Positions 56,512 to 64,000 of a DNA stretch of 64,000 nucleotides are shown here, one piece after another. Position 1 is the first letter of the stretch. Each line of letters opens with the position of its first letter. The stretch is from an uncultured virus (IMG/VR IMGVR_UViG_2061766007_000813) (Duplodnaviria; Heunggongvirae; Uroviricota; Caudoviricetes): the IMG/VR virus record IMGVR_UViG_2061766007_000813, one strand, 5' to 3'. The notes beneath the pieces were generated by a model. That model made no database searches. It saw nothing but the letters and a program-made list of their open reading frames with translations, and was not told the DNA's origin. A program made the translations under genes and the position numbers.

Positions 56512-58193
56512 TATTTATCTCCATAAACATATACGATATTTCCACAATCGTACACTTTTTCAAATCCAGCGAGCAACATGTTCTCGCTTTCACTCAACGA
56601 CCCGTCATACTTGTCACCAAGCACTTTTGAAAGATTTTTCTTCTGGCACTGGTATCTCGAAAACTTATGCTTGTTCTTGCACCACCAATAATTTGGTTGC
56701 GTATATTGAACAAACTTAAATCCCATCCTATCATACACCGAGCCATTGGAATACCTTCTGTCTGCGTATGAAATGATTCTGCTCCCATTATGCTGACCAA
56801 CAAAATAAGCCAGCAACTTCGACGCGCCACCTATGACAATGGCATTCATCCTTGTCGCATTCCGAATCAGTTCATAATCATAGTTTCCATTGAATCTCGG
56901 CTTTCCAAAGGTCATGACAGAAACCAGTTCACCATTATGGAAAAGACCGTATCGAATGGAAGACGAATCACCACCCTGCAAATGATTCTGATTTAAAAAC
57001 TCATTCGCAACATGCCCGTCTATTTCAGCAACCTTGCAATCCCTCGCGTATATTCTTGTTTTTATCATTCCAAGCAATGAACGAATCCTGTCTTTCACAA
57101 TGTCATTGTGATACATCCAGTCATCCTCAAAGACATGGACAAGTTGTATTCCTTTGTCAAGGAAGAGATTTGTTTTGTCAAGATGATAATTGACACCCTT
57201 TCCCTTTTGCTCGGAATGCCAGTAAAGACCGTCGAACTCAATCGCAACTCTCTTTTCAGGAATGTAAATATCCAGTTCAAGTCCTTCTATGACATGCTTT
57301 GAGTTTTCAATTATCTCACCATCATAAATACTCTTGACGAAATCAAGAAGTTCCTTTTCCTTTGCAGAAATCCCACCGTCAGCAGGATAGCAATGTGGGC
57401 AACGTGGCATATACCCACTTCCAAGTTCATTGTGGAAGCCACTGCGATACGCGACGGACGTGAACTCGCAACCGCACTTGACGCATTTCCATGAATACGC
57501 GATGTTCTCGTTGCTCCTCTTGAACATCCCGACGAACTCCTCCTCGGAGAACAAAGGAACCACATAGTCCTTCCATCTCTTGAGAAGTTCGTATCCCTTC
57601 TTCCTGTTCAAAAGACTGGATTTCTCACGGAACTCATCCGTTTGAGAATAGTGCTCCACCCCGTACTTCTTATGAACGGTGCTTTTTATCCTGCCCCTTA
57701 CCTCGCTGGACTTGGAGACGTGGTCAACCCCATATCTGTCAAGAACGGTATTTTTCACCTTCTCTTTGAGGACATCGCTGGACAATGTGCATTTTGAACC
57801 ATATCTCTCTTGCATGGTCTGCTGTTGAAGTTGCTTTGATTTCTGGGACTGCATCGGGGCATCGCATCCATACCGTTCCTGCATGGTCTTTCTTGTCTTT
57901 TCCCTGACCTGACTTGAATTCGTAGCGCACTTGCCACAGCAGAATTCCTTTCCTTCACGGGCATTGTCAAGACGAAGAACCTTACCGCAAGCCTTGCATT
58001 TGACAGGCTCATATATATGTTTTACCGAAAAGGAAAGAGCATTATATGGAGTTTCAAACCAAGGATGTTCACTCACCTGCCGTTCAAGGTATTCCATCAA
58101 TTCATCCGAAGCATGCTTTTTCAGATATGTGCAATGGCGATGCAATTCCCAATACGAGTCTATTTGTCTTTGTATGTCATCCGATGGAATCAT
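56511..58193 (-). CDS. Putative free-standing homing endonuclease (Zn fingers, TxxERYG repeats, Vsr-like nuclease, Hef-like C-terminal domain)
   Basis: CKACG...FCCGKC, TMQERYG-type repeats, ELDIYIPEKRVAIEFDGLYWH, HLQG, SYADRRYSNG and VYDCGN. Confidence 0.7.
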   Translation of the reverse strand: MIPSDDIQRQIDSYWELHRHCTYLKKHASDELMEYLERQVSEHPWFETPYNALSFSVKHIYEPVKCKACGKVLRLDNAREGKEFCCGKCATNSSQVREKTRKTMQERYGCDAPMQSQKSKQLQQQTMQERYGSKCTLSSDVLKEKVKNTVLDRYGVDHVSKSSEVRGRIKSTVHKKYGVEHYSQTDEFREKSSLLNRKKGYELLKRWKDYVVPLFSEEEFVGMFKRSNENIAYSWKCVKCGCEFTSVAYRSGFHNELGSGYMPRCPHCYPADGGISAKEKELLDFVKSIYDGEIIENSKHVIEGLELDIYIPEKRVAIEFDGLYWHSEQKGKGVNYHLDKTNLFLDKGIQLVHVFEDDWMYHNDIVKDRIRSLLGMIKTRIYARDCKVAEIDGHVANEFLNQNHLQGGDSSSIRYGLFHNGELVSVMTFGKPRFNGNYDYELIRNATRMNAIVIGGASKLLAYFVGQHNGSRIISYADRRYSNGSVYDRMGFKFVQYTQPNYWWCKNKHKFSRYQCQKKNLSKVLGDKYDGSLSESENMLLAGFEKVYDCGNIVYVYGDK

Positions 58194-58537
58194 TTTTCAT
58201 CCTTTTCGATGTCGTCGTCAATCGACCTGTCATCAATCATCCAGAGTTGCAACTTGTTTCCGTTAATCATCCTGATGGACGAATTCAGCACCCTCTCTGT
58301 CATTCTGGCGCGTGCGACCAGTTCCCTCTGGCTACCGAAATTGGCAGACAACTCCCTGCATGCGTCAAGCGTGTCATTGATGCTGTCCACCAGCTTCTTC
58401 ATCGCCATATTGTGCCTGATGACGCTTGCGGAGATGTCGGACTTCCTCCTAGCCACCTTCGCCTCGCGCTCTCTCTTGTCCAGTTTCTTCTGTTCAGTCT
58501 TGTCGTCTTGTTTCATAATCGTTCCTTCTGAAATCAC
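58190..58537 (-). CDS. Coiled-coil hypothetical protein
   Basis: 115-aa ORF between terminase and the endonuclease. Confidence 0.6.
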   Translation of the reverse strand: MISEGTIMKQDDKTEQKKLDKREREAKVARRKSDISASVIRHNMAMKKLVDSINDTLDACRELSANFGSQRELVARARMTERVLNSSIRMINGNKLQLWMIDDRSIDDDIEKDEK

Positions 58538-58561
58538 TGATATTCCAGAACATTATACTTT

Positions 58562-60394
58562 TTAAATCAGTCCCCTTCCCATCTGGACACCGTGGAGCCT
58601 CATCTTGTTGCGCCTGTAAAGATTATATTGAACACTGGATGCATTCGCATTGTTTCCATAGTTACCAACGGTCTTCGCATTTCCCTTGCTCTTGTTGGAA
58701 AGATAGTCGTAGCAGGCGAAACACGCCTCGACGAACGAATCCGTGATGTCGTCGTGGAACCCAGCCCTGTTCGGGGCTGAAATCACGACACGGGGACCAA
58801 TCTTGGTCTTCTCCATGTTCGTCAGTTCAGGCACGAGAATCGGATGGCGCGGGATGACGACCATCTCGGAATAGATAAATTCCTCCGTCATCTGGTACAT
58901 CTGCTGATTCAAGGCTGGAGTGATGTTCCTCGTCTCGAACTGCTCCAATCCACGCTTTCTCAACTGCTCAAGCAAACCATACCCGTTGCACTGGTCGAAC
59001 CACCCGTACCGTACAGGGAACAGCTCGCACAACTTTTTCACCTCGTCGGCAAAGCCTTCAATCGGGACATATTCCTCCATCGAGAATTTCGTGTTCACGC
59101 CGTCGTAGTGCTTCTGATGCCCGTCCTGCCAGACATCCGAATACGTCGCGTAATACACGTCGGCGTAGTCGAGGATAATCTTGTCGCCTTCCTTATGGAC
59201 GATGCTGACAGCCGTGCCGTCGTTCTTGCCAGCGTAGTCTATGCCCATGAAATACTCGCATCCGTAGCGTCCCTGCTTCGGCTTGACTGGGAGGCTGTCG
59301 TCGATGACCTTGTTCAAGGTCTCCTCGTCCACCCAGCTTGTGACTGAATCGGAGAACTTGGCGCAGAATTCGCAGTCGAACACCTGCGGGTTTCTTCTTT
59401 TCTCGTTTTTGAGGAATCCGCTGTCAACCGTGGGGTTGAGCATCGTCGTGTACATGGAGAACATCAATGTGTTCTCCGTATCCTTGAACGAATCCATGTA
59501 CATCGTGTAGAAGATTCCAGACTTGCCGAACGGGGATGAAATCAGGACGGTCTTGCCTTCGCCTCGCCCGACCACCTTCTTATTTTCATCCTTCGGCGTG
59601 AAGGAGACGATTGACGGCGTAAGGGCGGAATACAGGGCTTCGCCAGAATTGACACCGCTGGCGTTGAAAAAAGCCGCCTCGTCCATGATGACGACGATGT
59701 TGGAACGACCACGGATGTCCGCGCTTCCCGCGCCACCGCACACCAGCTTGATGGTCGCGTCTATCCCGTTTTCGAGGTCGTGGTCTGTGGAAATCGTAAA
59801 TGTCGTGGCTGATTTTCCCACAATTCTGTCTTTCAGATAGTTACACGACATCGTGTTATTCTTGATGGTCGTGAAAAGCGTCGTGGCTGTCTCGATAGTC
59901 GGAGCTGTGACACACACGGAGATTTCACCTCCGTCTGGCATCCCGTAATACTTCTGAGGATTTATCATCTTTATTAACTTATATGTTTCATAGTTGCTAA
60001 TAAAGCTAGTTATGGTGGATTTTGACGCTCGTCTCCCTGCGTTGAGTATCAAGTTTTGTCGCGGAGTACCAGGTTCATATGTCAGGAGGTTCGTCCTGCC
60101 CGTGTCGATGAGATACTGCATGAATTCCTTTTCAGTATAAGTGCCTATCGTCCTCGAATTGATTTCGTCTGGCAAGGTAATCGTCTTCTCCGTATTGTCA
60201 AGTTCCAAACCGTAGAATGACTTCAAGATGAAACGCTGGACAGGGAACATGCCCGTGTTCAAGCCCCATTTGGCTTCCACAAACGTGATGATGTCCACGA
60301 TGTCCTTCGTCTGGATTGACTTCTTGTATGAATCAGCCAAATCCTGAAAATACTGGACATTTACCTTTTTATTCCTGTTTGAAGTATAAGCCAT
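58562..60394 (-). CDS. terL: Terminase large subunit
   Basis: Q motif (MFPVQ), Walker A GRRASKS, Walker B VVIMDE, ISSP, nuclease MGIDYA and HDD; no intein visible. Confidence 0.9.
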   Translation of the reverse strand: MAYTSNRNKKVNVQYFQDLADSYKKSIQTKDIVDIITFVEAKWGLNTGMFPVQRFILKSFYGLELDNTEKTITLPDEINSRTIGTYTEKEFMQYLIDTGRTNLLTYEPGTPRQNLILNAGRRASKSTITSFISNYETYKLIKMINPQKYYGMPDGGEISVCVTAPTIETATTLFTTIKNNTMSCNYLKDRIVGKSATTFTISTDHDLENGIDATIKLVCGGAGSADIRGRSNIVVIMDEAAFFNASGVNSGEALYSALTPSIVSFTPKDENKKVVGRGEGKTVLISSPFGKSGIFYTMYMDSFKDTENTLMFSMYTTMLNPTVDSGFLKNEKRRNPQVFDCEFCAKFSDSVTSWVDEETLNKVIDDSLPVKPKQGRYGCEYFMGIDYAGKNDGTAVSIVHKEGDKIILDYADVYYATYSDVWQDGHQKHYDGVNTKFSMEEYVPIEGFADEVKKLCELFPVRYGWFDQCNGYGLLEQLRKRGLEQFETRNITPALNQQMYQMTEEFIYSEMVVIPRHPILVPELTNMEKTKIGPRVVISAPNRAGFHDDITDSFVEACFACYDYLSNKSKGNAKTVGNYGNNANASSVQYNLYRRNKMRLHGVQMGRGLI

Positions 60395-60396
60395 GA

Positions 60397-61053
60397 TTAT
60401 TCGCTGTCACTGGAACCGAAAAGCTCCTCATCCGTGTATTCCCAGCATTTGTACCACCATTCGGGCTGGTCGTATCCGAGCTTGCTCCCTTCGTACTTCG
60501 CATATTCGTTCGCGCCGTTCCACATGGAAGCAAGCAGAGATGCGCTGGCTTTAGCCGACTTCGCTGCGGTCGAGTTGATGAACTTCCCGTAATCCTCGAA
60601 TCCACCCTTGAAATCATCTTCGCCGATGAATGCGCCAATCTGACGGCAGACATCCCTGAACATCGCGCACGCGCTCTTGAAATCCGAATCATCAATCACT
60701 GGCTGTGGTGCTGGTTTCTTCTCCCAGTAATCCCATGATTCAATCTGGATGTAGCTCACGTCCTTTGTCACAGGCACGTCCTTGAAAGCAAACGTCTCTC
60801 CGATTTTCTTGCCGTTCTCGTCGAGCTTGTCCACAGTGACCTGCCTCTTTTCCATTACTTCTCTTGATTCGATGTTTATGCTCCATGACGACGGGGCAGC
60901 ATCATAGTTCTCACCCAGCGTGAATTCACCCTTCAACGGCATGTACCCGTGCCGTCTCAACGCCACGTCGTTCAAATTCCAGTTGGGAATTCCCCTGAAT
61001 TCGCTTGCCTCTGGATAAACCAGCTTGTCATCGACTACCTTTGCATATTTCAT
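60397..61053 (-). CDS. Fibre-associated hypothetical protein
   Basis: 218 aa; MKYAK...GY.P N-terminus as in tail-fibre accessory proteins; follows the LRR fibre gene. Confidence 0.55.
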   Translation of the reverse strand: MKYAKVVDDKLVYPEASEFRGIPNWNLNDVALRRHGYMPLKGEFTLGENYDAAPSSWSINIESREVMEKRQVTVDKLDENGKKIGETFAFKDVPVTKDVSYIQIESWDYWEKKPAPQPVIDDSDFKSACAMFRDVCRQIGAFIGEDDFKGGFEDYGKFINSTAAKSAKASASLLASMWNGANEYAKYEGSKLGYDQPEWWYKCWEYTDEELFGSSDSE

Positions 61054-61123
61054 TATCTGTCTCCTGTTAAATAAGGTTTGCTTGTTGTCAACATATTATA
61101 CCTGCGCTAATGCACAATTCATA

Positions 61124-64000
61124 TTATGAACCGCTGGAAGACGATGAACTCTCGTCGCTTGATGAACTTTCATTGCTGGATGAACTCATTTCACTTGATG
61201 AACCTTCATCACTTGAAGAACTCTCCTCTTCTCCGAGGTAATGAATTCTTGTAGTATTTGAAGCACCCCAAGGAGCACCTTCGACATCGCCTTCATACCA
61301 TTCACAATAAATGTCTGTAAGATTTAAAGATTCATAAAAACAAGGTGCAATATAAGTTATAGAATTCGGCAATGTTATACTAACAAGGTCTTCACAATAA
61401 CTGAATGCACCTCTACCAATATAAGTAAGATTATTACAATATAATTGAACAATACCAGTACCCTCAAATCCACTTGGACCAATAAATTGCAATGAATCTG
61501 GCAATGTATGAAGCGAAGATAATGAACCACCAATAGAATTTTGAGATTTGCCAAAAGCATACGAACAAACAGTAGTAAGTTCCAAAGGAAGATGCGATAT
61601 GTCAATACTCGTGCAATCATAAAAAGCATTTTCACCTATAGCATATATTTCTTCTGAAAGTGCATTTTCGCCAATTATCATGTTTGTCTGATTACGCATG
61701 AAACTTTCTGGAACATAATTGCCTTCAAATTTTACAAGTTCAGTAATGGAATCTGCAATTGTTAATGCTGTCAATTCAATAATATATGGTCCTGTCACTA
61801 TAATATTATATAATCCAACCGCATTATATGTATGCGTTGTGGTAAAAGAAAAATGATTATTGTTTCCAACAACTAAAGTATTAGTTCCATCTCCCCAGTT
61901 TATTGAAACTGTTGTTTTTTTAGGAAATCTTAAGTTTATACTTTCTTGCATCTGACCAGATTTTGCTTCAAAAACAAATTCCGTTTCAATATCATGACAA
62001 ACCATTCCTGCTCCACTAGGCAACACTTCATAAAACGAATCACCCCATTTCGCGCTATTTATGCTACCACACAAGTCATACACACCATGACCGTTAGCTC
62101 TTGCTTGAGGAGCTAAACAAGGTATATAATGACGGATAAGCTCGTTGTTGCGATAAATCTTGCATTCCTTGATTGCACCGTGACCAGAAGTAGAAACACT
62201 ATTCCCACGCCAATATCCGAGTATGCAAAGCTTTCTTGGATTCGGGACGCTTGATTTTTGACTAGCTTGCCCTATGTAACTTCCGTCAATCCATGCTTCC
62301 CCTGTCGTACAATCCATTTTATAAGTATGGAATTGCGTGACATCGGCAAGCTTAGCTGTAACTCTATATGCTGTATTATTTCCGTCTCCGAAAATAAACT
62401 GAACATTATAGGCACCTTTTTGCGTGTTTTCAACCCATATGGCATAATTACTGTCAGTTTTACTATAGCTTCCACCCATGACAGGAGTATTGCCATCGCT
62501 ATTTCCTATATGGGCATAAGTTACTTCCCAAACATCGTTTGGAGAAACCTCTAATCCAGTATCAATATAGCGTTTGCTCGTATTGTTCGCTTCCGTAAAA
62601 ATCGCACTTCCTTCCACATACCTAACAGGAACACGGGAAGGCGTATAAGGATACGCGCTCTCGCTGGAAGAGCTTTCTTCACTCGATGAACTTTCTTCCT
62701 CACTTGATGAACTTATTTCACTGGCGGAACTTTCCTCACTTGAAGAACTTATTTCACTCGACGAACTCACTTCAAGATAATGGATGATTGTGGTGCTCGG
62801 AGCACCCCAAGGAGCACCAGTGACTTCACCTTCATACCAGTTGCAATAAATGTCTGTAAGATTAGTACATCCTAAAAATGCCCCAAAACTTGACCCAGAG
62901 GCTATTTCATTAGGTTTTCCAAGAAATGTACATGTCGTAAGGCTAGCGCAATCTTCAAAACAATTGTTGCCAACAGACCTAACACTGCTTGGTATGGTGA
63001 TTGAAGTCAAACTCGTACAATTTTGGAAACACCATCTATTCAAGCTAGTCAAACTGTTTGACAACGTGATGGATGAAAGACTTGTACAACCGTCAAAGCA
63101 ATTAATCCCAATATATGTAACAGTATTTGGTATTACAATAGAAGTAAGACTCGTACACTCTTCGAAACAACCTTCACTCATGCCAGTCAAAGCTGTCGAA
63201 AGAGTCACGGACGTAAGAGCCGAACAAGCATAAAAACAATTTTCTTCAAGAGAAGTCACAGTATTCGGCATTGTAAAAGAAGTAAGACTTGAACAACCAC
63301 TAAATATACCAGATGGAAATACGGTAATGCCTGTCGGAAGCGTCACATTAAGAAGATTATCACATCCGTCAAACACATATCTTCCAATATATTCCACATC
63401 GGAACAATCAAGCCCAACAATATCAGTGCTATCGAAAGCACCATATGCAAGAATCTTCAATGAACTCGGCAATGTCTGAAGGGACATCAATGATGCAGAA
63501 TAAAATGCAGTACATCCCAAATAAGTAATATTTGAAGGAAGATAAGAAATATCAAGACTTATACAATTTTTAAATGCACTCTCATCTATTGCATAGACAT
63601 CATCTCCAAGGGCATTATCACTCATCATCATGTTCGATTGTCCAGTCATGAATTCACTTGGAACACAATAACCATTAAATCTTACAAGTTCCGTTATCAC
63701 ATCATTAACTGTAGGAGATACCTTTAACTGCGTAGAATATGGAGATACAACAGTGACATTGTATTCTCCTGTTGAAGAATAATCATGTGTGATGGTTGTA
63801 TCCAAAGAGTTGCCTGAAACAATTGTATTGGTTCCATCGCCCCAGTTGATTGTAATGCTACTAGCCTTCGGAGAACCTACTTTTATTCCTAATTGCAAAG
63901 TCGATGACGCATCAAAGACAAATTCCGTCTCAATGTCATGGCAGATGACACCTGAATCTGGAAGTATTTCATAGAATGAATTGTTAGTCACACTGTTTAT
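61124..64000 (-). CDS. Partial modular surface/fibre protein: PKD-like, BspA LRR, ConA-like and Ser/Glu linkers
   Basis: The frame is open to base 64000 (INSVTNNSFYE parallels internal INSAKWGDSFYE); INWGDGT x2, LRRs, APWGA caps and YIDTG...HYIPC...GVYDL. Confidence 0.8.
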   Translation of the reverse strand: MNSVTNNSFYEILPDSGVICHDIETEFVFDASSTLQLGIKVGSPKASSITINWGDGTNTIVSGNSLDTTITHDYSSTGEYNVTVVSPYSTQLKVSPTVNDVITELVRFNGYCVPSEFMTGQSNMMMSDNALGDDVYAIDESAFKNCISLDISYLPSNITYLGCTAFYSASLMSLQTLPSSLKILAYGAFDSTDIVGLDCSDVEYIGRYVFDGCDNLLNVTLPTGITVFPSGIFSGCSSLTSFTMPNTVTSLEENCFYACSALTSVTLSTALTGMSEGCFEECTSLTSIVIPNTVTYIGINCFDGCTSLSSITLSNSLTSLNRWCFQNCTSLTSITIPSSVRSVGNNCFEDCASLTTCTFLGKPNEIASGSSFGAFLGCTNLTDIYCNWYEGEVTGAPWGAPSTTIIHYLEVSSSSEISSSSEESSASEISSSSEEESSSSEESSSSESAYPYTPSRVPVRYVEGSAIFTEANNTSKRYIDTGLEVSPNDVWEVTYAHIGNSDGNTPVMGGSYSKTDSNYAIWVENTQKGAYNVQFIFGDGNNTAYRVTAKLADVTQFHTYKMDCTTGEAWIDGSYIGQASQKSSVPNPRKLCILGYWRGNSVSTSGHGAIKECKIYRNNELIRHYIPCLAPQARANGHGVYDLCGSINSAKWGDSFYEVLPSGAGMVCHDIETEFVFEAKSGQMQESINLRFPKKTTVSINWGDGTNTLVVGNNNHFSFTTTHTYNAVGLYNIIVTGPYIIELTALTIADSITELVKFEGNYVPESFMRNQTNMIIGENALSEEIYAIGENAFYDCTSIDISHLPLELTTVCSYAFGKSQNSIGGSLSSLHTLPDSLQFIGPSGFEGTGIVQLYCNNLTYIGRGAFSYCEDLVSITLPNSITYIAPCFYESLNLTDIYCEWYEGDVEGAPWGASNTTRIHYLGEEESSSSDEGSSSEMSSSSNESSSSDESSSSSSGS

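Noticed and set aside
36891..60394. Inteins or introns in nrdD, portal or terminase
   Set aside because: Lengths and motif spacing look normal, no intein splice-junction pattern was seen, and both endonucleases lie between genes.
1..64000. Stop-codon reassignment as in some large gut phages
   Set aside because: Long genes are intact in standard code, and TAA, TGA and TAG all end genes (TAG at 11437, 29425, 46026 and 47621).

Overview
A 64-kb piece of a large tailed dsDNA phage, probably jumbo-type, from a scaffolded assembly with 12 N-gaps, several of which split genes. Almost all credible genes are on the minus strand in standard code. Read right to left it holds: a BspA-type LRR fibre gene (5'-truncated), large terminase, a free-standing endonuclease, portal, a cluster of head-region accessory genes, acidic scaffold-like proteins, a decoration protein and a short (~286 aa) major capsid protein. 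Then come a GT2 glycosyltransferase, two DNA methyltransferases, an nrdH-nrdD-(endonuclease)-nrdG operon, a RuvC-like resolvase, a beta-clamp, a metallophosphoesterase, a giant LRR protein, a run of repetitive fibre genes and a 3'-truncated neck-like gene. The main finding is that about ten otherwise unrelated proteins share a short amphipathic helix, [RK]IA[KR]xL[VI][RK][LIM]A[KR]xL[VI]A. It usually sits at the N-terminus and is conserved as protein rather than as DNA. The carriers include two HExxH metallopeptidases, a GTWxx pentapeptide-repeat protein and a WYL/sigma-4-like mosaic, and several sit behind a shared promoter-like motif. I infer a capsid-targeting tag for packaged, injected cargo. 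This is a hypothesis. All family assignments come from reading motifs by eye; no searches were run.
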